Part shown: positions 28,416 through 38,548 of the stretch, one piece after another
Numbering within the stretch: the first letter of the stretch is position 1
How the letters are laid out: every line of letters starts with the position of its first letter
Assembly (NCBI GenBank): GCA_016928415.1
Contig: JAFGKU010000178.1
Coordinates: 31,625 to 95,624 of the forward strand
DNA from: Spirochaetales bacterium
GTDB taxonomy: Bacteria; Spirochaetota; Spirochaetia; SZUA-6; JAFGRV01
Direction: 5' to 3'
Length of the DNA stretch: 64,000 bases
The notes under the pieces: model-generated
Databases searched by the model: none
The model's input: the letters and a program-made list of their open reading frames with translations, nothing else
Told to the model about the DNA's origin: nothing
Program-made: the position numbers and the translations under genes

Positions 28416-30096
28416 CTTTCAGCAATTCCGTCCCCTGGGACAGCAGCGAAAGAATATTCTTCATTGCCGTCAACAGGTCGTTGTTTTCCTTTCCGCCGAT
28501 GGACATGAGATTTGATATGGTATCGAATTTCCCGCCGACCTGGCCGTGTAAAACACCGTTTAAAAGCTGCGACAGGAGGAAAATTTGTGTAATGCTTTCA
28601 TCAATAATCCATTTTGCAATGGCATCCGCTTCCTTGAGGATGTCCACCAGACTACTCTCGGAAAAGTCCGATTCATTGGACTGGTCTCCAAGACTCCTGA
28701 TTCTTTGCCCGATGGGGCCTTCCTCGGAAAGTTTTTCATCCAGTTCCAGTATTTTTGACCCTATGCTTGTTACAAAATTCAGCGAATCGGTAAAATCCTT
28801 CCTGTTTTCCTTTTTATAAAACTCACCGTTCAATAAAAGGTATTTCAAGGTTTTTGCCATTCGCACCGAATAAACCCTTGTGTAGAACGTATAGAGAAAA
28901 GAAAGGGAAAGGTAAAACCGGACCGAGTATCCTTTCCCGAACATTTCGAATTTCATGTTTTTAAACGGTACCGGGAACCTGTCGACACCGAGATACGCAT
29001 TGACCCGCTTGAAAAAAAGGCTGATTTTCTTTTTCTTATAGGCAGCGGTGAATACCTTGTTGAGTTTCGTGTTCCAGTAATTCTTGAACAGGACGAACCA
29101 GTCTTCATTTCCCTTTATCAGCCGCGGTTTGTAATTGTAATTATTCATGAATATCCTGATCATGTCCTCAAGGGGTATTTTTTTATTGAAACTTCGAACG
29201 CTGTTGAAGGCGGTTTCAGATACGTCGATCATGTTTTCCATTTTCAGTTCAATATCTTCCAGGGCACCTTCCATATCCTGCTGGAAATAGAATAGAAAAA
29301 CAGCCTTTATGGAATCGGCATCAGGAGGATACTTCGCACTATGCAGAAGGTCGGAAAGCTCCAGAAGCTCCCTTTTACTGCTGTTGAAATTCAGGTTCCC
29401 GGAGCCCCCCAGCTTGGGGTCATCGAATTTGGTCACCAGCTGTTCGAAATTGAAAAAGCAGAGTCTTTTTATATAATGAAGACTCAAGGCACTCTGATAG
29501 ATCCTGTTGCGTTCCTCCTCCGTCATGTCCTTCAGAACGGCATTAAATCTTTTCTCCATTTCACCCCGGACTTCGGCCATTTTCAAATTTTCATTTTCTT
29601 CCAGGATGGCATTGGGGTTGGTTTCTTCCAGGATTCTTTCATGGAGATATTCCAGCTGAAAACTAGTTAAAAATGCAAAAAAAGCACCCTTATCCTTTCC
29701 CAGTGCCTTTTGAAACGGTTCTCTGAGCCTGATCAGGTTTTCCATGAGGATCAAAAATTCCCTTTTCATGTTGGGTAAAAGACAACGGTGCTGGAAATTA
29801 ACCAGGGATGCATGCGTTTTCTCTATTTTTTTTCTCAGCTTGGCAAGCAGTTCCTCTTCGAGGACTACTGTTTTGGTTTTACCCCTGAAAAGCGACTTGA
29901 AGAATAAGATAATTCGCTGCCAGAATCCAAGGGACTTGTATTCTTCAACAAAATCAACTTTCCCCAGGGTTCTGGAGGGTGCACTTAACGGCTCAATGGA
30001 AACATTACTCGCTTTCTTGATTTTACTGAGCAGTTCACGACGTTCATCAGAGGAAAGATCCATGACTATTTTTTCAAAAACAGTGGATTCACCCAT
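28387..30096 (-). CDS. Hypothetical protein, 569 aa, no recognisable domain
   Basis: Long ORF with coding-like composition and no signal peptide. Upstream of, and overlapping by 29 nt with, pgeF on the same strand. Confidence 0.4.
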   Translation of the reverse strand: MGESTVFEKIVMDLSSDERRELLSKIKKASNVSIEPLSAPSRTLGKVDFVEEYKSLGFWQRIILFFKSLFRGKTKTVVLEEELLAKLRKKIEKTHASLVNFQHRCLLPNMKREFLILMENLIRLREPFQKALGKDKGAFFAFLTSFQLEYLHERILEETNPNAILEENENLKMAEVRGEMEKRFNAVLKDMTEEERNRIYQSALSLHYIKRLCFFNFEQLVTKFDDPKLGGSGNLNFNSSKRELLELSDLLHSAKYPPDADSIKAVFLFYFQQDMEGALEDIELKMENMIDVSETAFNSVRSFNKKIPLEDMIRIFMNNYNYKPRLIKGNEDWFVLFKNYWNTKLNKVFTAAYKKKKISLFFKRVNAYLGVDRFPVPFKNMKFEMFGKGYSVRFYLSLSFLYTFYTRVYSVRMAKTLKYLLLNGEFYKKENRKDFTDSLNFVTSIGSKILELDEKLSEEGPIGQRIRSLGDQSNESDFSESSLVDILKEADAIAKWIIDESITQIFLLSQLLNGVLHGQVGGKFDTISNLMSIGGKENNDLLTAMKNILSLLSQGTELLKDVYQIELRE

Positions 30097-30235
30097 GTTA
30101 AAATAATTTTAATGGATAGAACAATACGGGTCAAGTATAAATGTGCCACGGACAGGAATTCTCAATTTACATTGAGATTTGCCATGCAACGGAAATCATC
30201 AAAAGGCAAAAGACGTATTTTAAAATATTTTTTAA

Positions 30236-30265
30236 TTGACTCATAATTCCCCTTTGGTGTAATGT
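30236..30265 (+). promoter_or_regulatory. Sigma-70-like promoter for amidohydrolase gene
   Basis: AT-rich UP-like tract. TTGACT (30236-30241), 18-nt spacer, TAATGT (30260-30265). The transcript would begin just before the second in-frame ATG at 30274. Confidence 0.35.
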
Positions 30266-31071
30266 TACCTGCAATGATAATAGATTTTCATACACACGCT
30301 TTTCCGGATAACCTGGCTGAAAAGGCGATGGCTGCTTTGCAGTCGGAATGTGATGTAAAGGCGTTCCTTGACGGAACGATAGCCAACCTTATGGAATCCA
30401 TGGATGCGGCCCGCATAGACCTGGCGGTTCTGTGCTCCATTGCTACAAAGCCGTCCCAGTTCCAACCCATTCTGGACTGGTCAAGAACCATCAACCGTGA
30501 CAGGATTATCCCACTCCCCTCCATTCATCCGGAGGATTCAGCCATAGAAGACCATCTGAAAACCGTTTCCGTTGAAGGTTTCAAGGGCATAAAACTGCAC
30601 CCGTATTATCAGAAATTCATAATTGATGAAGAAAGGGTGTTCCCCATCTACGAAGCATGCAGTAAATTCGGGCTGCTCATTGTCTGCCATACCGGCTTTG
30701 ATATAGCCTTCCCCAGGGACAGAATCGCCGACCCGGTACGTATTTTAAACGTTGCAAAACGTTTCCCCAACCTGAAATTTATATCCACCCATTACGGAAG
30801 CTGGTGCGACTGGGATGAAGTGGAGAAACACCTTATCGGTAAACCGGTTTACATGGAGAATTCTTTTTCACTCGACCTTCTGTCGAATGAACAGGCGTTG
30901 CGCATGTATGCAAACCATCCGGCTGATTATCTCCTGTTCGGTACGGACAGCCCATGGACAGATCAAAAAAAAGCTCTGGAACTTTTATACGGCCTGGGGC
31001 TTTCGCAGGAATTAATGGAAAAAATCCTGTACAGGAATGCAGCACGACTTTTGGGATTGAATGATAATTAA
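30262..31071 (+). CDS. Amidohydrolase-2 family (TIM-barrel metal-dependent hydrolase)
   Basis: 269 aa. N-terminal IIDFHTHAFPD (HxH metal-binding motif). Further His/Asp ligands: KLHP, VCHTG, and a late FGTDSPW-type Asp. Start may be the second ATG at 30274 (MIIDFHTH). Confidence 0.65.
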   Translation: MLPAMIIDFHTHAFPDNLAEKAMAALQSECDVKAFLDGTIANLMESMDAARIDLAVLCSIATKPSQFQPILDWSRTINRDRIIPLPSIHPEDSAIEDHLKTVSVEGFKGIKLHPYYQKFIIDEERVFPIYEACSKFGLLIVCHTGFDIAFPRDRIADPVRILNVAKRFPNLKFISTHYGSWCDWDEVEKHLIGKPVYMENSFSLDLLSNEQALRMYANHPADYLLFGTDSPWTDQKKALELLYGLGLSQELMEKILYRNAARLLGLNDN

Positions 31072-31124
31072 AAGAAAACAGGCAATCACAATCCTCCACG
31101 GCAAAGCCTAATTTCCATTTCAAC

Positions 31125-31152
31125 TTGACAGCGCCTCAATTCTTTCTATAGT
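31125..31152 (+). promoter_or_regulatory. Sigma-70-like promoter for the 31192 membrane-protein gene
   Basis: TTGACA (31125-31130), 16-nt spacer, TATAGT (31147-31152). Followed by RBS GGAGGGG and the ATG at 31192. Confidence 0.4.
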
Positions 31153-31191
31153 TATATATAAATAATTATTAATAACGTGGAGGGGTCAGCT

Positions 31192-31725
31192 ATGTTTTTT
31201 AAGAGTATTATTAAACTGATCGTGGCAATCAATGCCAATTCAAAACCGGCTCACATCTCCCTTGGCATTGCCTTCGGATTGCTGCTCGCCCTGGTACCGG
31301 GTTCGAATCTGCTTTGGGTACTGCTTCTATTGACTACATTTTTCATCAAGCTCAATATGACCGTTGAATTCGTCTCCCTGGCGTTGTTTAAATCAGTAAC
31401 CCCTCTGCTTGCAACCCCATTGAACGGCCTGGGATACCTGATCGTCGGGTGGCCCCCTTTGGAAGGTTTTTTCAGTTTCATCTGCAACACGCCCCTGCTT
31501 GCCTTTTTCAGGTTAAACAATACTCTGGTTGCAGGCGGCCTTGTATCCGGTATTATTCTTTTTATCCCGGTATTTTTCCTCGGCAATCTGGTGGTCGGAA
31601 TTTATCGCAGGCACATACGGGACAGGATTGCCCAGGTAAAAATATTGAAAAAAATCATGGCCATACCCCTGATCGCAAAAATCGCCGGCGCCGTCAGGGA
31701 AGCATCCGCTTTATTTGCCAATTAA
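31192..31725 (+). CDS. Small polytopic membrane protein, unknown function
   Basis: About 178 aa from the ATG at 31192, MFFKSIIKLI (the ORF track begins at an upstream GTG). 3-4 hydrophobic helices with Gly/Pro-rich loops. Overlaps the start of the next gene by 11 nt. Confidence 0.5.
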   Translation: MFFKSIIKLIVAINANSKPAHISLGIAFGLLLALVPGSNLLWVLLLLTTFFIKLNMTVEFVSLALFKSVTPLLATPLNGLGYLIVGWPPLEGFFSFICNTPLLAFFRLNNTLVAGGLVSGIILFIPVFFLGNLVVGIYRRHIRDRIAQVKILKKIMAIPLIAKIAGAVREASALFAN

Positions 31726-33790
31726 GAAACGAGGTGTCGCTATGTCGCAAAAAATTCCTTCTTTATTTACCAAAAAATTCTCAGGGGAACAATTCACAAA
31801 AAAAATATTATCACGAACCTTTTTAAATGAAGAAAAGGAATTCCTGAATTCGGTCTTTATAAAAAATGAAAACAATGAATTCGTACTGCGGGTCGATCTG
31901 TCAAAGGATGAAATCAAACGCCTGAAAAAACTGGAAAAAACGATTAAACAAAATACGGGTGTTGTCCAGAAGGGGAAACTGGCTGTCCTTCTCATTTTCC
32001 TGGGAGTGATAGCCATCTTCTATATCTTTTTCAAAAATGTTCTTCTGGAAAACGTTATCGAACAGAGCCTAACCGGAGCGTTTAGTGCCAGGACCGATAT
32101 TGACAACCTGGATTTCGATATTATCGGTGCAAGAATTTCCTTCAGTGCCATGACGGTTGGAAACAGCAAGGAAGCTTTCAAAAACCTTTTTGAACTGGGA
32201 AAAACGGAAGTGGCGTTGAACATGGCCGAGCTTTTCAGGGGTAAAATCGTGATTGAAAATGTAGAATGCCGCGGCGTCAAGTGGAACACGGACAGAAAAA
32301 CAAGCGGCCTTCCGGTCGAGCCGGAGGAGGAAAAAAAGCAGGAAACCCCGTTTACCATGCCGGATGCATCGACAATCAATATCAGGGGAATCGATGCGAG
32401 ACAGATATTGAACGAACAGATAGACAAGTTGAAAAGCCCGGGCCGTATAACCGAAGCGAATGAATCCTTCAAAAAACTCATTGACAAATGGAATGTGATA
32501 CCCGGAACTTACAGGCAGGACCTCAATGATATGGAAAAATCGGTTGAGTCAATCAAAAAAATAAAGATTGAAAACATTAAAACACCAGCTGAGATTCAAA
32601 CCATTGTGGAACAAATCCAGACAGCCTATGTCAAAGGGGTTGAGTTAAAAACAAAAATCCAGGACACAACCGCAGAAATAAAGAGTGATGTCAATTTCGT
32701 CGAACTGGCCAAAAACGGCATCACATCCGCCATCGGGGAAGATACGGAATTCCTCCTCTCCTTTGTGCAGAATCCGGAAGCGCAGGCCAGGTCCATCTTT
32801 TCTTCAATGTCCCGGCGCTTCCTGAAAGCCAATCTCGGGGAATTTTATGATTACGGTTTACTGGCCTACAATGCCATTGCCGGCATGAAGCGAACGCCAA
32901 AAGAGGATAAAGCCCGAATAAAAACCGAAGACGGCTATGATGTTCCTTTTCCGGGCGCCACAACGCCCGATTTCCTGATAAAAAATGCCGGTTTTTCGAT
33001 AGGGGATGCCGGTGACAGCGAATACTTGAGCGTCAATCTATCCAACGTCTCAAGCGCTCCAGACCTGCTGTCCGGTCCGGCCGCGTATGACATTCGGACC
33101 AGGCAGATGGGGCAGGACTTTACCCTGAAGGGAGAAATAGATACCAGAACGGGGAAAACCGATATTTTTTCCATGGATTTTACAGCAGGAAGCGTTCCCA
33201 TGAAAATCGGCTCCGGTCTTGAAGGGCTGGGCATAGCCTCCCTTGACACTGTAATGGATGCGAGGGTAAAACTTACCCTCGGCGCCGATAATTCCATGAC
33301 AGGCGGCATGTCCATTGACCTGAAAGATTTAAAAACCGAATTCATAAGCACCGCCGATACGGTAAGCAGAACCATTGCCGGCATTTTTTCCTCCCTCAAG
33401 CAAATTTCCCTGAACGCAGATTACGTCCTTTCACAATCACAGGAACTGGCACTCAAGGCAGACAGCAACATTGACGAGTTGCTGAGCCGGAAAATCGGCG
33501 GCTACCTGGAAGAGCAGTTAAAAAAGGGAAGCAGTCAATTGAGGGAAGAATTTTCCAGGTTTATTGAAGATGAATTGAAGGAAAACAAGGACCTCTACAA
33601 CATTTTTAAACAAACGGAAAAACACATTGGCACTGACCTGGAAAACATAACGGATTACAATAATATTCTCGCCGAGAAAAAAAGGGAATGGGAAAACGGG
33701 GAAGCACAGTTAAAGAAGCAACTTGAAGACGCGGCTAAAAAAGAAATCGACAAAAATGTCGAAGACCTGAAAAAAACACTCGGTTTTTAG
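31715..33790 (+). CDS. Large hypothetical protein (single N-terminal TM, extended soluble domain)
   Basis: 691 aa. One TM helix near residue 90 (LAVLLIFLGVIAIFYIF), then a long Asp/Glu/Lys-rich soluble region. No enzymatic motif recognised. Probably co-transcribed with the upstream membrane protein. Confidence 0.45.
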   Translation: MPIKKRGVAMSQKIPSLFTKKFSGEQFTKKILSRTFLNEEKEFLNSVFIKNENNEFVLRVDLSKDEIKRLKKLEKTIKQNTGVVQKGKLAVLLIFLGVIAIFYIFFKNVLLENVIEQSLTGAFSARTDIDNLDFDIIGARISFSAMTVGNSKEAFKNLFELGKTEVALNMAELFRGKIVIENVECRGVKWNTDRKTSGLPVEPEEEKKQETPFTMPDASTINIRGIDARQILNEQIDKLKSPGRITEANESFKKLIDKWNVIPGTYRQDLNDMEKSVESIKKIKIENIKTPAEIQTIVEQIQTAYVKGVELKTKIQDTTAEIKSDVNFVELAKNGITSAIGEDTEFLLSFVQNPEAQARSIFSSMSRRFLKANLGEFYDYGLLAYNAIAGMKRTPKEDKARIKTEDGYDVPFPGATTPDFLIKNAGFSIGDAGDSEYLSVNLSNVSSAPDLLSGPAAYDIRTRQMGQDFTLKGEIDTRTGKTDIFSMDFTAGSVPMKIGSGLEGLGIASLDTVMDARVKLTLGADNSMTGGMSIDLKDLKTEFISTADTVSRTIAGIFSSLKQISLNADYVLSQSQELALKADSNIDELLSRKIGGYLEEQLKKGSSQLREEFSRFIEDELKENKDLYNIFKQTEKHIGTDLENITDYNNILAEKKREWENGEAQLKKQLEDAAKKEIDKNVEDLKKTLGF

Positions 33791-33802
33791 AATAGGGGAC
33801 TT

Positions 33803-34972
33803 TTAAAACATCTCGGTTAAAAAGACAGCCGGCTCTTTCCTGAAAAAATCGTGGATGGCATCCTTAAATTCTCCACGGACCTTTCCCGCCTTTACGGCCT
33901 CACGCAAAGAATAAGCCCCGAATAAAATACTTGAGAAAACGGGAAAATCAATTTCATTTTCGGCCTTATATTTTCTCATCAGGACGGTTTTACCTTCAAG
34001 GACATATTCCGCCGTGTTTGATGGAATCAACTCATCCCTGACGGAAAATGTCAATTTATGCTGAACCGGATTCTGTAATACCTTAAGCTCCAGCATCCGC
34101 TTCACATTCACCGGTCTGGCCATCCAGTTGGCATGGAGTTCCATTGTGATCCTGGGTTCACGGAGAATTTGCTGAAGGGGAACGCCGGGGGGAACGAGAC
34201 AGGTGATATTTTCGCATTGATCCCTGTAAGACCTGAGAAAACTGAACAGGCTTAAAAACGATGCGTCGTCGACCCATGCCATGCGCCGCATTTCCATCCA
34301 CGTTATAAACGGTTTGTTTGATACGAGTTTATATTGAAGGACTGCCTTGGCCGTTTTGCCCTCGTAGTAAATAAAAAGCGTTTCCTTGGCGAATTTCAGG
34401 AATTTCGAAAGCCATTGAGCGCTGACACGCCTCGGTTTGGCCCCGAAATTATAGAAAGCGACCCAGGTATCTATGACGGAATGAACGGCCTCTACTTCCT
34501 TCTTGCTGCCGGTATATAGCTTGAATTCACCGGGCGGTTTATATGTGAGCATGATATCCCTGGGATCGAATGAGCATTTCTGTACGTTACCCAGAAATCC
34601 ATATCCTGTTTTCTCGTAAAAACTAAACGAAAAAGGATAAAGTGATGAGAAAGGAATGCCTGCTTTATAATTCTTCTGCAGAATATGGGAAAGCAATTCC
34701 CGAATTTGGCCCCGGTTTCTCGAAGGCGGATAGGATGCGACACCCCCTATTCCCGACATTTTCTCAAAAACACCGAAAATTCTGGTTTCATATGTATGGG
34801 ACATGATTCCTGACGTGAGCCTTTTTCCCTCATAAATTCCATAAGTTTTCGTTGTGGACGGAAGGGGTAACAGCCGGTCAATCCATCCGGCCGGATCATA
34901 AAAGCAGAGTGACAACAGGGATAAATAATCCTTGAAAGATTTGGCGGTTTTTAACATTATTATGGAATTCAT
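33803..34972 (-). CDS. GNAT-like N-acetyltransferase, Eis-like architecture (tentative)
   Basis: 389 aa. Possible acetyl-CoA-binding segment RNRGQIRELLSHIL. Length and layout resemble Eis-type GNAT + SCP2-like proteins. Assignment from weak motifs only. Confidence 0.4.
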   Translation of the reverse strand: MNSIIMLKTAKSFKDYLSLLSLCFYDPAGWIDRLLPLPSTTKTYGIYEGKRLTSGIMSHTYETRIFGVFEKMSGIGGVASYPPSRNRGQIRELLSHILQKNYKAGIPFSSLYPFSFSFYEKTGYGFLGNVQKCSFDPRDIMLTYKPPGEFKLYTGSKKEVEAVHSVIDTWVAFYNFGAKPRRVSAQWLSKFLKFAKETLFIYYEGKTAKAVLQYKLVSNKPFITWMEMRRMAWVDDASFLSLFSFLRSYRDQCENITCLVPPGVPLQQILREPRITMELHANWMARPVNVKRMLELKVLQNPVQHKLTFSVRDELIPSNTAEYVLEGKTVLMRKYKAENEIDFPVFSSILFGAYSLREAVKAGKVRGEFKDAIHDFFRKEPAVFLTEMF

Positions 34973-35116
34973 CCGTGATTACCTTTCGCGTGCTATGGAT
35001 ACGCCTAATAATGGTGTATTATTCCGATTCTTTCAAGTATGAAGGAAGGAATTTTCTTCATTTTCACGTCTAACTTGATTTTTAAGCCGTTTTAGATATA
35101 CTTTATTCTAAAAAGT

Positions 35117-36100
35117 ATGGCAATGATAATACCGGTGGCAAGCGGGAAGGGCGGTACAGGCAAAACACTGTTTACAAGCAATCTCGGCCTGAGTCTTGCT
35201 GCAAAAGGAAAACAGGTAACTCTCATCGATCTGGACCTGGGCGCCTCCAACCTGCATACCATTTTAGGAATAAAAAACAAACACCCGAGTATTGGCGATT
35301 TTATTTACAGGCATATAGATTCTCTTAAAGATATCATCATTCAAACGGGTTACGAGGGTGTTTCCTTTATCCCGGGTGATGCGCTTTTTCCCGGCACTGC
35401 CAATTTAAAATATTCTACAAAGAACAGAATAATAAAGGAAATAAAGGCGATCCAGGCCGACTTTATTCTCCTTGACCTGGGTTCAGGGTCCTCCTTCAAC
35501 ACTATTGATTTCTTCCTCGTTTCCCGGAACGGTATTGTCGTCACGACACCGGAGACAACGTCCATCCTCAATGCGTATTCGTTTTTAAAAACGACTCTCT
35601 ACCGGCTCCTCTTCAGAAGTTTCCCGGCCAAAAGCAGGGAACGCGAAATAATACTCGAATTTGTGGCGCAGAAAAACGAGGGAACCGGAATTTCATTCCT
35701 GGACCTCTTAAACATCATAAGCTCACACAATCCGGCATCCGGTAAGAAAGCGAGGGAACAGGTTGCCTCCCTCTACCCCAGGATTGTTATCAATAACGGG
35801 AAAAGCAGGGAAGACCTTAATATAGGACTCAAACTCAGGGATATCATCACCCGCAATCTGGGAATATCACTCGAATACCTTGGTTTCCTTTTCCATAACC
35901 AGGAAGCCTCCCATGCCATCCTGAAACGAACACCGCTTTATTCACTTGATCCCCAATCCCGATATTCCGAATCAATCGACAAGGTCGCCAACAAACTCAT
36001 AAGGGTACAGGAAACGCCGTCTCCGGAACTCTATGAAGCGGAGGAAGATGTGGAGAAACTGTTTGAACAGTTCAATGCGGTTTCAAATCCCGTCATTTAG
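35117..36100 (+). CDS. ParA/MinD-family P-loop ATPase
   Basis: 327 aa. Deviant Walker A IIPVASGKGGTGKTLFTSNLGLSLA. Walker A' ILLDLGSG. C-terminal extension of about 80 aa. Confidence 0.75.
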   Translation: MAMIIPVASGKGGTGKTLFTSNLGLSLAAKGKQVTLIDLDLGASNLHTILGIKNKHPSIGDFIYRHIDSLKDIIIQTGYEGVSFIPGDALFPGTANLKYSTKNRIIKEIKAIQADFILLDLGSGSSFNTIDFFLVSRNGIVVTTPETTSILNAYSFLKTTLYRLLFRSFPAKSREREIILEFVAQKNEGTGISFLDLLNIISSHNPASGKKAREQVASLYPRIVINNGKSREDLNIGLKLRDIITRNLGISLEYLGFLFHNQEASHAILKRTPLYSLDPQSRYSESIDKVANKLIRVQETPSPELYEAEEDVEKLFEQFNAVSNPVI

Positions 36101-36110
36101 TACGTATTGA

Positions 36111-38546
36111 ATGAATAAAATAGGACTCAAAAACGAATGGATTTTATCATGCATCGATACGGGCGAAACGCTGCCGGTTACGATTCCCACGGACAATTAC
36201 TCGGCCTGGCTGTCAGCAGGCAGGATTCCCGACCCGTTTCACGGCTTAAACGAGGAAGAGGTGCAATGGCTTGCGGACAAGGAATGGCTTTTTACAAGGG
36301 ATTTCAATTTAACTGAAGAATTCACGCAACTTCCGTCCGTCATCCTGAACTGCGACAGCCTCGACACGTTTGCCGAAATCCGGTTGAACGGTAAACACGT
36401 GGCAAACACGGAAAACATGTTTGCGAGATCCAGTTTCGAGGTAAAAAATTTCCTGAAAACAGGCAGAAACAATCTTTCCATCAGGTTTTACCCGGCTCAA
36501 GTGCGGGCTGAAATGGCCGCATCCCGGTATCCTTTTTTTGTTCCTTACTCCGCCGGCAACAACAAGGTTCCTTACATGAACCACGTACGCAAGGTGCAAT
36601 GCCATGCCGGCTGGGATTGGGGAATCTGCCTGCTCGTATCTGGAATTTACGGCGACGTCTACCTGGAAGGAACCTCCTTCCTGCGGATAGAATACATCAC
36701 CACCCGGCAGTTCCATTCAAGGGGCGCCTGCCTACTTCAGGTAAATATCGAAGCCGAATCGGTGAAGGAAGGCGGCACGGAAGTTGTCATAAAACTCAAT
36801 GACATCACCATGAGGCAGGATGCGGAAATCATTCGCGGCAGGAATACCATCACCTGCAACTTGTCTGTCGATAATCCGGAGCTCTGGTGGCCTGCCGGCC
36901 ACGGGGCCCAGCACCTGTATGACCTCACGGTCACAGTGGATGACAGGGAATGGAAAGAAAGGATCGGCCTGCGGCGGCTTGATATCATCAACTCCGCAGA
37001 AGACGGCCGGAAGGGAGCACCGCTGGTTTTCAGGATCAATAGACGGGATATTTTCTGCAAGGGAGCCAATTTTATCCCGATTGACGCCATGCCGGGACGC
37101 ATGCACGGGGAAACATACAGGGACCTTCTCGAAAGCGCCGTGGAAGCGAACATGAACATGCTGCGGGTCTGGGGGGGTGGCCAGTATGAAAGGGATATAT
37201 TCTACAATCTCTGTGACGAGATGGGGATAATGGTCTGGCAGGACTTCATGTTTTCCTGTTCTCTCTATCCTGCGAATGAAGAATTCCTGGCCAACGTGGA
37301 AAAGGAGGTCAGTCACCAGGTAAGGAGGCTCATGAACCATCCCAGCCTTGTGCTCTGGTGCGGCAATAATGAAGTGATCCAGGCCCTTGACTGGTACGAG
37401 GAATCAAGGAAAGACAAGGACAGGTACAGGAAAGACTATTACGCGTTGAATGAACTGCTTCGTAAAACGGTGTGTGGGGCGGACCCGGACAGGGGTTTCT
37501 GGCCCGCATCGCCGTCTAAAGGGCCGGGAATACCGGACCCCGAGAACCTGGACCCTGCCTTCGGAGATACGCATTACTGGGAGGTCTGGTTTAAAAGGGT
37601 TCCCTTTGAGACATACTACAGGATAAAACCGAGGTTTGTATCCGAATTCGGATTCCAGTCCTTCCCTTCTTTTGAATGCGTAAAAACCTATGCGGACGAA
37701 GGGCAGAGGGACCTGCTGTCACCTGTCATGAAATTCCACCAGAGACATCCCGAGGGGAACGAAAAAATACTGGAGATGATGGAGAGATACTTCGAGACGC
37801 CCTCCGGCCTTGAAGATACCATCTGGCTGGCCCAGGTTCAACAGGGACTGGCAATCAGGACCGCCGTTGAATATTTCCGGAGCTTGAGGCCGTACTGCAT
37901 GGGGACGCTTTACTGGCAGCTCAATGATTTATGGCCCGTCTGTTCATGGTCCTCCATAGAATACGGGGGCAAGTGGAAACTGCTGCATTACTTCGCCAGA
38001 CGCTTCTATGAAGAGGCCATTTTAACGGCGAGAAAAACAGGGGATGCTTTCGAGCTTTTCCTCGTATCCGACAGGGCGCAATCCGGCTTCTATGAAATCA
38101 CCCTGGAAATCCTGTCCTTCGACAACCGCCTGCTGTTCATTCAAAACCATTCACTTTACATGGAAGGCCCCGGGGTGAATAATTTTACGAGGTTCGATCC
38201 AAAAAACCTGGAAGCCGGCATGAACGATTGTTTCATGCTCCTTACCTTGAATGACGGCAGGAAGAGAACGGAAAACACTTTCTTCTTTAACGAATACAAA
38301 CGGGCGCTGATAAAAAAACCCGTCATCACGGCGCACACGGAAGAGGAACAGGGAGAGATTGACGTATTCCTGTCTACGGATGCACCCGCCTTTTTTGTAA
38401 CATTGAACTTTCCCGGAATCAGGGGTGAATTCACAGACAATGTATTCACTTTGCTGCCACAGCGGTCACGGGCTGTCCGGTTTATCCCGAAACAGCCTCT
38501 CGATGAGGCGGACAGGCCGTTAAAAATAGAAATCAGGCATTTATAA
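36111..38546 (+). CDS. Glycoside hydrolase family 2, beta-mannosidase-like
   Basis: 811 aa. GH2 sugar-binding N-domain. Catalytic TIM-barrel with LRVWGGGQYE, acid/base region LVLWCGNNE, nucleophile region FVSEFGFQSFP. Typical of GH2 beta-mannosidases. Confidence 0.8.
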   Translation: MNKIGLKNEWILSCIDTGETLPVTIPTDNYSAWLSAGRIPDPFHGLNEEEVQWLADKEWLFTRDFNLTEEFTQLPSVILNCDSLDTFAEIRLNGKHVANTENMFARSSFEVKNFLKTGRNNLSIRFYPAQVRAEMAASRYPFFVPYSAGNNKVPYMNHVRKVQCHAGWDWGICLLVSGIYGDVYLEGTSFLRIEYITTRQFHSRGACLLQVNIEAESVKEGGTEVVIKLNDITMRQDAEIIRGRNTITCNLSVDNPELWWPAGHGAQHLYDLTVTVDDREWKERIGLRRLDIINSAEDGRKGAPLVFRINRRDIFCKGANFIPIDAMPGRMHGETYRDLLESAVEANMNMLRVWGGGQYERDIFYNLCDEMGIMVWQDFMFSCSLYPANEEFLANVEKEVSHQVRRLMNHPSLVLWCGNNEVIQALDWYEESRKDKDRYRKDYYALNELLRKTVCGADPDRGFWPASPSKGPGIPDPENLDPAFGDTHYWEVWFKRVPFETYYRIKPRFVSEFGFQSFPSFECVKTYADEGQRDLLSPVMKFHQRHPEGNEKILEMMERYFETPSGLEDTIWLAQVQQGLAIRTAVEYFRSLRPYCMGTLYWQLNDLWPVCSWSSIEYGGKWKLLHYFARRFYEEAILTARKTGDAFELFLVSDRAQSGFYEITLEILSFDNRLLFIQNHSLYMEGPGVNNFTRFDPKNLEAGMNDCFMLLTLNDGRKRTENTFFFNEYKRALIKKPVITAHTEEEQGEIDVFLSTDAPAFFVTLNFPGIRGEFTDNVFTLLPQRSRAVRFIPKQPLDEADRPLKIEIRHL

Positions 38547-38548
38547 TT

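Noticed and set aside
31295-31325. tRNA-like T-loop string GGTTCGAATCT
   Set aside because: It lies inside the membrane-protein CDS (codes for ..PGSNLLW..). Flanking sequence cannot form an acceptor or T stem. No tRNA called.
36732-37340. 202-aa minus-strand ORF
   Set aside because: Antisense shadow ORF inside the GH2 beta-mannosidase gene.
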